A stretch of 64,000 bases of DNA from a bacterium (GTDB taxonomy: Bacteria; UBA8248): contig CBDCRP010000002.1 of NCBI GenBank assembly GCA_965221165.1, positions 704,001 to 768,000 on the forward strand, given 5' to 3'. The notes below the pieces were generated by a model. That model worked only from the letters and a program-made list of their open reading frames with translations. It was not told where the DNA came from and ran no database searches. Every line of letters begins with the position of its first letter. Positions within the stretch are counted from its first letter, which is position 1. Below, one piece after another: positions 28,974 to 38,344 of this stretch. The translations under genes and the position numbers were made by a program.

Positions 28974-30931
28974 TTGAGTTTATCCACATTTTTCTCATAA
29001 AGCGCGTGAAAATCCGCTATTTTGCTGTCAGTCATCTTCACGTCACCGGCAATGTGAGCGCTCAAGGCTTCGCTTAATTTTTTCTCCATATCATGGAGAA
29101 TCGGCAGATTTCCCTTGTCCTGCACATCCCACTTATGGGCCTGCACTTCGCGCACCACTGTTTTCAGCAAGACGCTGATCAATTCTTTCTTCTTTCTCTG
29201 CTTCAAACGCTCATATGTGGAGAGGAAAAACTTGAATTCCTCCAGTTCCGAATCCAATGTGTAAATCGTATCTTCAATGCCCTGGACGCCATCGCCCACG
29301 GCCTCCACATAAGCAGTGAGGTCGTCGATACTCTTTCGGCTCAGCCCAAGCCCGAACTGCCTGTTGAACCATTCGTTCACCGCCCGCAGGGTAGGCAGGC
29401 TGCCATTATGAAAATAAGGGGCCGTGAATTTCGATGAGAGCAGAGTGGGCGTATCCAACCCCCCTACATGGAAGGGTTGCCGCTCTCCCCCCGTGGAACC
29501 GATATTGTGTCGTTTGTGGTCCACGAAGTTCGCGTTTGGAATATGGCAACTCGCACAACTCATCCCGCCCATCATCTGCGGGAACTTCCGGTGAAATATC
29601 TTCTCGCCCCGAAGCGCCGCTTTGGAAACCTTCTCGGGATGGAGCCTACCGCTTTTTTTCAGCTTCGGGTTCGGCAAGAACTCGAACTCGTTCATATAGG
29701 CGATCATCCCGTCCATGATCATCGGGTCGGGTTCGGGCCCATTGAACTCATTCACGATGACGTTGCGAACGAATTCCCTGAGCGAGGCGAAACGCCCGTT
29801 CCGGCCGTAGGGGGCCGTGAAGCGAATCCCCCTCAAGTCGGGCGTGTCGAGCGGATCGTGCAGGCCGTTGTTGGCGTGACCCGCGAAGAAACTGTTCGAT
29901 ACGTCCATCCCGCCTTTTTCCCTGGAAAGTCCCGGGATGAAGAGCTTGGGATTCGTCACCCCCTTGTTGTGGCAAGTGTTGCAACTGACCCCCAGGCTGC
30001 GCGCGGGCTCCCCGAATATCTCCGGGCTGTCGAAAGCCATATCCCCCAAAGCGATGAGAAAGGTTTCCGCCTCGTTCGCTCCACGCTCCGCCATTCCGAG
30101 AATCTGGCGGGGACGGGGGAGTTGTTTGTTGATGTTGGCGCCGGGCGGCAGCCTCCACGGCACTCTAGCCGTTTTGAGGTATGTTTCGCTCGCCTTCGGC
30201 CGCGGCAGAAGCCTGTACCCTTTCCCGGCCCGGAACCCGGAAAAATTCGAGTAGAAATAGCGGCGGATGAGAGCGGTATTCTCACGAATTTTCTCCAGAT
30301 TCATCGGCCTTGCGCCGATGCCCATCACACCGGCCGCCCCGAGGTGGGAACTCGCTTCCAGCCAATGGATTTGCATCTTCTTCCACCCTTTCGGATCCAG
30401 ATGCGGCAAGGTCTCGGCAAATGACAGAAAAACCCTTCGCGCTTCATTCAGGTGGGTTTTCACCCCGGATCTCTTCGAGCCCGCCTTGATCCGATCTATG
30501 CGAGAGACCAGCAACAAAGCGACTCCCCGTGTCGCCAGGGAAAAGACCAAACGCCTCCCGTTCCGCCGCGCGGCGACCATGTCCGGCTCTTTACCGCCTC
30601 TCGCCAAGGGCTGGGCCACGCGTCTTGCGGCAGCCAACTCCTCCGAGAATTTCCTCGCGCCAAGAGGGTCCACAGCTCTTAACGCTTCCTCGATGCGCCT
30701 CATATCGAGCCAGACCTGCGGCCAGTGCACCGGGTTCAGATTCAGGATAAAGCTGGCGCGACGATAGCTTTCAGCAACGGGGTGCAATTCCTCTGGAGGG
30801 ACGATGTGCGCCGAAGCGGGACTGAAACTCATCATCAACAAGCCGGTGGCCAGAAGCCACGTCGGCATCACCAAAGAATTTTTAACACGCAGAACAAGCC
30901 TCGCTCCGGGCGTTTTGAGGCCGCAATTCAT
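28970..30931 (-). CDS. Periplasmic di-heme cytochrome c (CcP/MauG superfamily) with extra N- and C-terminal domains
   Basis: Signal peptide ending ASA-H; two CxxCH motifs (CNTCH, CASCH); TPDLRG..FTAPY and TPTL...TAPYFHNGS. Start may be 30868. Confidence 0.8.
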   Translation of the reverse strand: MNCGLKTPGARLVLRVKNSLVMPTWLLATGLLMMSFSPASAHIVPPEELHPVAESYRRASFILNLNPVHWPQVWLDMRRIEEALRAVDPLGARKFSEELAAARRVAQPLARGGKEPDMVAARRNGRRLVFSLATRGVALLLVSRIDRIKAGSKRSGVKTHLNEARRVFLSFAETLPHLDPKGWKKMQIHWLEASSHLGAAGVMGIGARPMNLEKIRENTALIRRYFYSNFSGFRAGKGYRLLPRPKASETYLKTARVPWRLPPGANINKQLPRPRQILGMAERGANEAETFLIALGDMAFDSPEIFGEPARSLGVSCNTCHNKGVTNPKLFIPGLSREKGGMDVSNSFFAGHANNGLHDPLDTPDLRGIRFTAPYGRNGRFASLREFVRNVIVNEFNGPEPDPMIMDGMIAYMNEFEFLPNPKLKKSGRLHPEKVSKAALRGEKIFHRKFPQMMGGMSCASCHIPNANFVDHKRHNIGSTGGERQPFHVGGLDTPTLLSSKFTAPYFHNGSLPTLRAVNEWFNRQFGLGLSRKSIDDLTAYVEAVGDGVQGIEDTIYTLDSELEEFKFFLSTYERLKQRKKKELISVLLKTVVREVQAHKWDVQDKGNLPILHDMEKKLSEALSAHIAGDVKMTDSKIADFHALYEKNVDKLK

Positions 30932-31018
30932 ATTTTCGGTCTCTCCATAACAAAAAACCCATCAGACAAAAAATTCTATTCCGATCTGAAAAATAAAGTC
31001 AACCTATTTATAATATAT

Positions 31019-31036
31019 TTTTAGATATGACTAAAA
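31019..31036. promoter_or_regulatory. DtxR/MntR-like operator palindrome
   Basis: TTTTAG-ATATGA-CTAAAA in the AT-rich region ~90 bp upstream of the cytochrome gene; same TTAG-N6-CTAA geometry as the SirR box. Confidence 0.45.
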
Positions 31037-31131
31037 TCAAGGAAGCAAATTAATGTCAATACAAACAATTACTTAAAGAATTTATTAAAAATACCAGATT
31101 AAAAAAATTTTTCTTTCAGGAATTGGACTAC

Positions 31132-31163
31132 AAAAAACCGGCCCCTCATCAAGGCCGGTTTTT
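31132..31163. terminator. Bidirectional intrinsic terminator
   Basis: AAAAAACCGGCC-loop-GGCCGGTTTTT. Confidence 0.75.
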
Positions 31164-31194
31164 GGAAAACCTGATGTTACGTATGTTTTATTTC

Positions 31195-31320
31195 CTAGAA
31201 ATCTATCTGGAGCCTGGTTCCAAAGACCATGAAGTCTTCCGCATTTTCATCCCTTCCTTGATTCCTGACGAATTGAATCATGGGTCTGATATGGATGTCA
31301 TCGATTTCTACGGCCCCAAC
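31195..31320 (-). pseudogene. C-terminal remnant of an outer-membrane porin (OprB-like)
   Basis: Hand translation VGAVEIDDIHIRPMIQFVRNQGRDENAEDFMVFGTRLQIDF*; alternating beta-strand pattern with terminal Phe; in-frame stop just upstream. Confidence 0.55.
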
Positions 31321-31356
31321 CTATTCTTAACACGATTCCACTACGAAGCAGATTGC

Positions 31357-31695
31357 CTAGATGGCGCCATCGCCTCTATCGCCGGTGCGTATCCGCACAC
31401 AATCTTCCACCGCCTGGACGAATATCTTGCCGTCCCCTATCTGGCCCGAATTCGCCGCACCGCAAATCGCCGTGACGATGGCGTCGGCGTTCTCGTCTTG
31501 CGTCAGGATTTCCACCTTGATTTTCGGCAGGAAATCGACCACGTACTCACTGCCGCGATAAAGTTCGGTGTGGCCTTTCTGACGGCCAAACCCCTTTACT
31601 TCGCTCACCGTCATGCCCGTCACCCCGGCATCTCCCAGCGCTTCCTTCACACTTTCCAGCTTAAATGGCTTGATAATCGCCGTGACTAAACGCAT
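31357..31695 (-). CDS. glnK: P-II nitrogen regulator
   Basis: AIIKPFKL, GFGRQKGHTELYRGSEY, GDGKIF, IRTG; adjacent to amtB. Confidence 0.95.
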   Translation of the reverse strand: MRLVTAIIKPFKLESVKEALGDAGVTGMTVSEVKGFGRQKGHTELYRGSEYVVDFLPKIKVEILTQDENADAIVTAICGAANSGQIGDGKIFVQAVEDCVRIRTGDRGDGAI

Positions 31696-31754
31696 TGTTC
31701 ATTCCCCTCAAGATGACAGATGGACTCATCCGGTATGAATTCCTTCCCCGAAAA

Positions 31755-33146
31755 TCAACCCAACCTCTCTCCTGCATAGGCTTCCATGCCGTGTTCGGAG
31801 AGGTCGAGACCGGCCGATTCGTCCTCTGCCGAAACGCGCACACCCATCACGGCTTTCACCGCTTGCCAAAGAATGAGGGATAAGACGAAAGTGAAGACAC
31901 CGACCGCGATGACACCCGTGAGCTGTTTGATGAAGAGCCCAGCACCCCCGCCGTAGAACAAACCTACGACACCCTCGTCAATGGAAGGTGCTGCGAACAA
32001 ACCGAGCGCAAGCGTGCCGAAGATACCGCATACCAGGTGAACCGAAACGGCGCCGACCGGATCGTCAATCTTGATCTTGTCGAGGAACGGAACCGCGATG
32101 CAGACGATGACGCCCGCGGCCAGACCGATTATCACCGCCCCAAACGGAGTAACGTTCGCGCATGGCGCCGTGATGGCGACCAGGCCTGCAAGCGCGCCGT
32201 TCACGCTCATGGAAAGATCGGCCTTGCCGAACATGGCTCTCGACGTGATGCTTGAAGCCACGACACCCGCCGAGGCGGCGAGGTTCGTCGTCACTGCGAT
32301 GCGCGCGATGGCTCCCGCATCGGCGGCCATGGTGCTGCCCGGGTTAAACCCGAACCATCCGAGCCACAAGATGAACCCACCCAGTGTAACGAGCGGCATG
32401 TTGTGGCCGGGAATCGGCTGCATCCGGCCGTCGGACGAATACTTCCCGAGCCGGGGACCAAGAACGATGATTCCGGCGAGGCCCGCCCAGCCGCCTACGG
32501 AGTGAACCACGGTGGAACCGGCGAAATCGAGAAAACCCATTCCGCCCAACCAGCCGCCACCCCAAATCCAGTGGCCCTGGATGGGATAGATGATGGCGAC
32601 GAGCAGGAAGCTGAAGACCATGAACGAGGAGAACTTGATGCGCTCGGCCACACAACCCGAAACGATGGTCGCCGCCGTCGCCGCGAAAACGAGCTGGAAG
32701 AAAAACTTCGCGTATAGAGGCACACCCGTCCAGTTGAGGGATGAGAAAACACCCTTGTACGCATCGCCCGTGGCCGGGCTGTTGTCCACCCCAGACAGGA
32801 GAAATCCATTCGTTCCGAATATCGAACTGCCATCACCGAACATGAGGGCGAAACCCAATATCCAGAATGCCAGGGACGAGACGGCTACAACGCCGAAATT
32901 CTTATAGAGAATGGCGACGGTGTTCTTCGCGCGGCAAAGCCCCGATTCGAGCATCGCGAAACCCGCGTGCATAAAAAACACCAGAAACCCAGCCACCATC
33001 ACCCAAACGGTGTCCGCCGCGACTTGCAAACCAGCGAGGCTCTTCGCCATGGTCTTGACATCCTGCGCCCAACCGCTGGCGGCGAAAGACAAAACCCCCA
33101 TGGCGAAAACCAGCGTCGCCGCAATATAGAGATTCCTTCTTCTCAT
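31755..33146 (-). CDS. amtB: Ammonium transporter
   Basis: FQLVFAATAATIVSG.VAER, DFAGSTVVH, WLGWFGFNPGS, DDPVGAVSVH, GLDLSEHG. Confidence 0.97.
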   Translation of the reverse strand: MRRRNLYIAATLVFAMGVLSFAASGWAQDVKTMAKSLAGLQVAADTVWVMVAGFLVFFMHAGFAMLESGLCRAKNTVAILYKNFGVVAVSSLAFWILGFALMFGDGSSIFGTNGFLLSGVDNSPATGDAYKGVFSSLNWTGVPLYAKFFFQLVFAATAATIVSGCVAERIKFSSFMVFSFLLVAIIYPIQGHWIWGGGWLGGMGFLDFAGSTVVHSVGGWAGLAGIIVLGPRLGKYSSDGRMQPIPGHNMPLVTLGGFILWLGWFGFNPGSTMAADAGAIARIAVTTNLAASAGVVASSITSRAMFGKADLSMSVNGALAGLVAITAPCANVTPFGAVIIGLAAGVIVCIAVPFLDKIKIDDPVGAVSVHLVCGIFGTLALGLFAAPSIDEGVVGLFYGGGAGLFIKQLTGVIAVGVFTFVLSLILWQAVKAVMGVRVSAEDESAGLDLSEHGMEAYAGERLG

Positions 33147-33394
33147 ACCCCTTCCTCCGATATGTTTGAGCTATTTCGAGAATTTACATTCTTAAAGCAT
33201 CATCTCTATTTTGTAGGCGAGAAGTATTTCCATGGCGTTTCCATCGTATTACCCGAAAGTTAATAACACTCTCCCCAACCCCAACCCAGCCTCGGTTTGA
33301 CAGGGGGTATCTGGCGTGTTAGCAATTCCGAAAATTCAACAAAATCTGCTCAGGACGAACTCTTTTCAGGAATAAATCCATGCAAGGAGAAACA

Positions 33395-33838
33395 ATGCCT
33401 CCAAATCAAAAACCCAAGATTCCCTCAAGGGCCCTCAACCGCGGAACTAAACTATGGACCAAGGAATTCACGGAGCGCATCGGCCATGACATGGCCGAGT
33501 GGGCGGATGAGGAATTCATGGAACTGTTCATGAACTTCTGCTACGGCGGGCTTTACGACAGGAATGTCCTGCCCCAGAAAACCCGGGAGCTTTGCGCCGT
33601 GGCCGCGTGCGTCATGGCCAACGCGCATCCACAACTGCGCACCCACATTCAAGCAGCCTGGAACTGCGGGGCGACGAAACGACAGATCATGGAAGTCATC
33701 ATCCAGATGGCCATCTACTGCGGGATGCCCTATATGCTTCAAGCGGCCCGAATCGCAGCGAATGAGGTTTTCCCCTTGCTCAAGCGCGGAGAAAAGGCCG
33801 CCGCCCCGCCACCGGGCCTGAAGCTGAAAGAAGAGTAA
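33395..33838 (+). CDS. Carboxymuconolactone decarboxylase family protein
   Basis: FCYGGLYDR..L..KTRELC, QLRTHIQAA...GAT..QIMEVIIQMAIYCGMP. Confidence 0.85.
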   Translation: MPPNQKPKIPSRALNRGTKLWTKEFTERIGHDMAEWADEEFMELFMNFCYGGLYDRNVLPQKTRELCAVAACVMANAHPQLRTHIQAAWNCGATKRQIMEVIIQMAIYCGMPYMLQAARIAANEVFPLLKRGEKAAAPPPGLKLKEE

Positions 33839-33902
33839 CCCGAAACCACGGGCGCCTGACGGCGCCCAAGCCCAAAATCAAATTCGTGAGGAGCATTTTC
33901 AA

Positions 33903-34679
33903 ATGGCCCGTAGAATCGTAGACCTAAGCGTTCCCCTTCAAAACGCGCCCATGGAGAACAATCCGGCCGCTATCCAGTACGTGAACCACACCGAACTCGG
34001 GCGTATGCGAGCCAAGTCATACAGATTTCCGGACACCGGCTATTTTCCGGACAACATGCACTGCGCTACGGAAAACATCACCGCCATCAGTACGCACAGC
34101 GGCACACACCTCGATTCCCCGTACCACTATGGTCCCGAATGCGAAGGCAAACCCTCGAAAACGATCGACCTCGTTCCCCTCGAATGGTGCGTGGGCGATG
34201 GGGTCGTCCTGGATTTTCATGACGCCGAGCGCGGGCACAACATCACGGTGGAGGAAACGCAGCAAAAAGTGGCGGCCCTCGAAGAGAAAGGCTATTCACT
34301 CAAGCCGATGGATATCGTCCTCATTCGCACCGACCACACCACGAAATATCTGTATTCTCCCGACTTTGAACAAACCCACCCGGGTATGAGCGTGGACGCC
34401 ACGGAATGGCTGGTCGATCAGGGAATCAAGGTGATGGGTATAGACGCATGGGGTTTCGATATTCCCGTCTCCAAGATGACGGAACTCAGACGTCAGGGAA
34501 ACACGAAAGATTTTTTCGGCAGCCATTTCCTGGGCCGTAAGAAAGAATATATCCATGCGGAAAAACTCACGAATCTCGACAAGATTCCTGAATTCGGTTT
34601 CACCGTCTCTATGCTCCCCGTCAAAATAGAGCGCGCGAGCGGCGCCTGGTGTCGGGCAGTGGCGATAATCGACGACTAA
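33903..34679 (+). CDS. Cyclase family (kynurenine formamidase-like) metal hydrolase
   Basis: IVDLSVPL, THSGTHLDSPYHY, GIDAWGFD, EKLTNL, GAWCRAVA. Confidence 0.9.
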   Translation: MARRIVDLSVPLQNAPMENNPAAIQYVNHTELGRMRAKSYRFPDTGYFPDNMHCATENITAISTHSGTHLDSPYHYGPECEGKPSKTIDLVPLEWCVGDGVVLDFHDAERGHNITVEETQQKVAALEEKGYSLKPMDIVLIRTDHTTKYLYSPDFEQTHPGMSVDATEWLVDQGIKVMGIDAWGFDIPVSKMTELRRQGNTKDFFGSHFLGRKKEYIHAEKLTNLDKIPEFGFTVSMLPVKIERASGAWCRAVAIIDD

Positions 34680-34796
34680 CCCGAATCCCGGGCATCTGGA
34701 TCGGACGGAGTGCAAGGCGATGACTTTTCAGAAAAATATGGTAATATCTCTCTCATATAACAGTAGTGAGGAAGTGGAACCTAGAGGAGTGGATCG

Positions 34797-34994
34797 ATGG
34801 CTCTACATGAGAGCGCAGTGAATCAAGAAGTCGTATCCGGTGGCCTCATCCGGCGCATGGAGGCCGTCAAGCCGGCCGTATTGGCGATCGTTTTCGGCAT
34901 ATTCATCCTCTATGGCGTGGGTTTCGCCCAACCACAGCTTTTACATGACGCCGCCCACGACACCCGACACGCATTCGCCTTCCCCTGTCATTAA
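34797..34994 (+). CDS. cbtB: CbtB-like cobalt transporter small subunit
   Basis: Single TM helix followed by GVGFAQ...LHDAAHDTRHAFAFPCH. Confidence 0.85.
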   Translation: MALHESAVNQEVVSGGLIRRMEAVKPAVLAIVFGIFILYGVGFAQPQLLHDAAHDTRHAFAFPCH

Positions 34995-35025
34995 CAAGCC
35001 GGAACAACTCTTCGCCAAGAGATAG

Positions 35026-35059
35026 ACGGCGCCCTTTCCCGCGGCGCCGTTTTTTCTTT
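35026..35059 (+). terminator. Intrinsic terminator after cbtB
   Basis: ACGGCGCC-loop-GGCGCCGT followed by TTTTTCTTT. Confidence 0.65.
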
Positions 35060-35069
35060 GAGGAACCGG

Positions 35070-35420
35070 ATGTCCGAGGATAATACGGAACATAAGCCCT
35101 GGGGGTATTACACCGAATTGGCCGATGAGCCGGACCACAAGGTCAAACGGGTTGTCGTCTATCCGGGGCAGCGCCTCAGCCTACAGCGGCATATGCACAG
35201 GGCCGAGCATTGGCACGCCATATCCGGACAGGCCATCGTCATCCGGGAAGAAGAGGAAATCGCGTTTTCCGCCGGTCAAAGCATGGATATACCCCAAAGG
35301 ACATGGCACCGGATTCAAAACGAAAAAAATGCGCCCTTCGTTTTCATCGAAGTGCAAACAGGCGCCTACTTCGGTGAAGACGACATCGAACGACGCGAAG
35401 ATGACTACGGGAGAGTTTGA
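35070..35420 (+). CDS. Stand-alone mannose-6-phosphate isomerase type II cupin domain
   Basis: KPWGYY, KVKR..VYPGQRLSLQRH.HRAEHW, IEVQTGAYFGEDDIER.EDDYGR. Confidence 0.9.
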   Translation: MSEDNTEHKPWGYYTELADEPDHKVKRVVVYPGQRLSLQRHMHRAEHWHAISGQAIVIREEEEIAFSAGQSMDIPQRTWHRIQNEKNAPFVFIEVQTGAYFGEDDIERREDDYGRV

Positions 35421-35516
35421 GAAAGCATCCCTGGTAAGCGAATAAAAAAATACCCCCATCAGCATACGGGGGTGTGTTCTGTTTTCTGTTCATCTTGAAA
35501 CGAAAGCGCCTAGGAT

Positions 35517-36716
35517 CTAACCTGTGCGAAGCTGCTCCAATGCAACGGCCAAGCGCTCTACCCCACGCTCGCATTCTTCCGTCGAGCACGAATATGCGAT
35601 TCTGAGATATCCTTCGCCACCAAAAACAGCGCCGTTCACCGTGGCGATGGCATGTTCATTCAGAAGATAGCTCGCCACCTCGGCCGAAGTCTCGCCAAAA
35701 GCCTTCACGTTCGGGAACGCATAAAACGCACCCGTGGGCTCCGCCAGGGTGACGCCTTCTATCGCGCGCAGCCCCTCGGATATCACGCGCCGCCGCTTGT
35801 CGAACTCACGCGTCATCGCCTCCATGGGCGCCTGGTCCTCGAGCACGCCGCGCGCAGCGCCATGCTGAATGAACGTGTTGACGCACACGGTGGTGTATTG
35901 GCGAATCTTGAGCAAGTGGCGGGTGATCTCGGGGCTCGCCACCGTCCAACCGAGCCGCCAGCCGTCCATGCTGTAGAATTTTGAAAATCCATTGATGATC
36001 ACCGTGCGTTCCGCCATACCGGGTTGCGAGAAAATGCTCGGAGCGCACGGCGCATCGCCATAGTAAATGCGCGCATATATCTCGTCACTCAGCACCATGA
36101 GATTACGCTTCACCGCCAGGGCTGCGATTTTTGCGAGTTCAGCCTCAGGTATAGTGCAGCCTGTGGGATTGCCGGGTGAAGTGAGGCAAACGAGTTTCGT
36201 CTTGGGCGTCAAAACCGCCTCGATGTCCTCGGCGCGCAATGCGAAATCGTTCTCTTCTTTCGTTGTCACTTCAACGGGCACGCCACCAGCCAGCGCCGTA
36301 CAGGATTTATAATGATGCCAGTTCGGCTGCGCGATGATCACCTCATCACCGGGATTGATCAAAGCCATCATGGAAACCATGATGCCCTCGTTCGCCCCCG
36401 CCATGACGATGACCTGCGTATCCGGGTTCACCCCCACGCCGGTGTCGACCTCCGTTCTGTACGCGATGCCTTTTCGCAGGGCGGGAACCCCCGTGCTGGG
36501 GGCATAGTGAACGTCGCCCCGGGCAAGGGATTCAGCGGCCCCTTGTTTGATATGCTCGGGCGTATCGAAATCCGTGCGGCCGATTTGCCAATGGATGACA
36601 TCGCGCCCTTCACCTTCGAGCTTCGCCACTGCGTCGAAAACCTTGCGTATGCCCGAAAAGGGAATCTCCTCTAAACGATCCGCGCCCACGGCCTGGGCGT
36701 CAAAAGCAGCAACCAT
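35517..36716 (-). CDS. PLP-dependent aminotransferase class I/II
   Basis: PGNPTG, SDEIY, NGFSKFYSMDGWRLG, GAFYAFP, YLRIAY. Confidence 0.93.
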   Translation of the reverse strand: MVAAFDAQAVGADRLEEIPFSGIRKVFDAVAKLEGEGRDVIHWQIGRTDFDTPEHIKQGAAESLARGDVHYAPSTGVPALRKGIAYRTEVDTGVGVNPDTQVIVMAGANEGIMVSMMALINPGDEVIIAQPNWHHYKSCTALAGGVPVEVTTKEENDFALRAEDIEAVLTPKTKLVCLTSPGNPTGCTIPEAELAKIAALAVKRNLMVLSDEIYARIYYGDAPCAPSIFSQPGMAERTVIINGFSKFYSMDGWRLGWTVASPEITRHLLKIRQYTTVCVNTFIQHGAARGVLEDQAPMEAMTREFDKRRRVISEGLRAIEGVTLAEPTGAFYAFPNVKAFGETSAEVASYLLNEHAIATVNGAVFGGEGYLRIAYSCSTEECERGVERLAVALEQLRTG

Positions 36717-37058
36717 CTAAAATCTCCTTGCGAATGAAAATAATTTTGAAAAATAATGATTCCAAATCATTGAAAACGCGATTGAAGGCGCCTGTTATAG
36801 CCCTTGAGGCATGGAGGCGCAAGAGAACTCTCGCTTCGGCTATCGCAATATCAGCGGGCCGCTTCAATCTTCTTAAACCCAACAAGTCATGGCATGGGGA
36901 TAAGACAGAAGCAAGTCATCAAGCGCCTGAGCTATCCGTGCGTTTTGTATGCAACATCCCGTTAATTACCCACTACTGGTAGTGCGGGAGACACCGACCA
37001 ATTCGCTACCGCCCCGGTTCAGGGAAAACCTTGACGAGCATTAGACCGACCCCGGCGC

Positions 37059-37847
37059 CTAGAGCAAATCTCCTTGCATGATCGTCACGGCCCTGCCCCC
37101 CAGAACGATGCGATCTCCCAGAATTCTCATGCGCACGACACCCCCTCTCGCGGAGGCCTGATAGGCCGTGAGTTCTTCTTTTTTGAAGCGCCTCGCCCAA
37201 AATGGCCCCAGGCAACAATGAGCAGAACCCGTCACCGGGTCTTCGTTTACGCCAACCCCGGGTGCGAAAAAACGAGAGACGAAATCATACTCGGGGTCAT
37301 CCGCGCGCGCCGTGACAATGCAGCCGCGCGTGGGAATCGTCCGGAGAAGCTGAAAATCAGGCGCCAAGGCCCTCAGCGTGGATTCGGAATCCGCTTCCAC
37401 CAGGTAATCGAATTCGTTTTTTCCCACGTAGCGGGGCATGAGGCCGAGGCTCTCCACCAGGCCTTCCGGCGGAGCGGCGGGTGATTCCTGTGTGATCGGG
37501 AAATTCATTTCTATCCATTCATCTTTCTGCTCACAGGTCAAAACCCCGCTTTTGGTGTGAAAGATGATCGTTTCATCAGAGCCGAGATAGTCCTTCTCCC
37601 AAAGGACATGGGCGCCCGCAAGCGTTGCATGGCCGCAAAGGTCCACCTCGCTTACGGGTGTGAACCAGCGCAGGCCATAGCCGTCTTCTTGCTTCACTAC
37701 AAACGCGGTTTCAGAAAGATTCATCTCCCCCGCCACGCGCCGCATCCACCCCTCATCTACTTGTATCGGCAGGATGCAGACGGCGGCCGGATTGCCCGAG
37801 AAGGGCGTATCGGTAAACGCGTCTACTTGGACGATGGGAAATGACAT
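37059..37847 (-). CDS. PhzF family isomerase
   Basis: VDAFT..PFSGNPAAVC, MNLSETAF, EVDLCGHATL, EDPVTGSAHC. Confidence 0.93.
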   Translation of the reverse strand: MSFPIVQVDAFTDTPFSGNPAAVCILPIQVDEGWMRRVAGEMNLSETAFVVKQEDGYGLRWFTPVSEVDLCGHATLAGAHVLWEKDYLGSDETIIFHTKSGVLTCEQKDEWIEMNFPITQESPAAPPEGLVESLGLMPRYVGKNEFDYLVEADSESTLRALAPDFQLLRTIPTRGCIVTARADDPEYDFVSRFFAPGVGVNEDPVTGSAHCCLGPFWARRFKKEELTAYQASARGGVVRMRILGDRIVLGGRAVTIMQGDLL

Positions 37848-37873
37848 GGGGTCTTCTCGTAGAGAATAACGGG

Positions 37874-38344
37874 TCAGATGCGTTTGATGACGTCACCCGC
37901 GCGAATGGCGCCTTCGTTTAAAACTTGCGCGTTCAGTCCCGATCGGTTGATGAGCGCATCATGTAATCCATCTATACCCAATAAATTCTCAAAATATTTG
38001 CATGGCTCGTTCAGACGAACGCCGCGCATCCTCACTTCACCCACCTGAAATTCCGCACCCACCAGGTGATTGAGCGGAACGCCTCGCGTCAAGATGTTTC
38101 TCCTGCTCTGGCCCGCGTCGAGATTGATGTCGTGATCACGCGCAAGCGCCTCGATGGCTTCTATTTCGATGAGCGTCACCTCGCGATCGGGCCCCTGTTT
38201 TTTGGAATACGTGCCCACGCCCTCGGCATAACGATCTCCCGCCAGGCCGGACCCTATGACCGCCTGCGCCTGGGCGACCTCCATCATGGGTTCACCACCC
38301 ACCGAGGCGATATGGACCGAGACAACCTTGCCCTCGAAGGTCAT
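37874..38344 (-). CDS. MOSC domain protein
   Basis: GLAGDRY, REVTLI, RRNILTRG, EPCKY, GLNAQVL.EG.IR.GD; ATGA overlap with the upstream selenoprotein gene. Confidence 0.9.
   Translation of the reverse strand: MTFEGKVVSVHIASVGGEPMMEVAQAQAVIGSGLAGDRYAEGVGTYSKKQGPDREVTLIEIEAIEALARDHDINLDAGQSRRNILTRGVPLNHLVGAEFQVGEVRMRGVRLNEPCKYFENLLGIDGLHDALINRSGLNAQVLNEGAIRAGDVIKRI

Noticed and set aside
31123-31689. 188-aa plus-strand ORF
   Set aside because: Antisense shadow of glnK that runs across a terminator.
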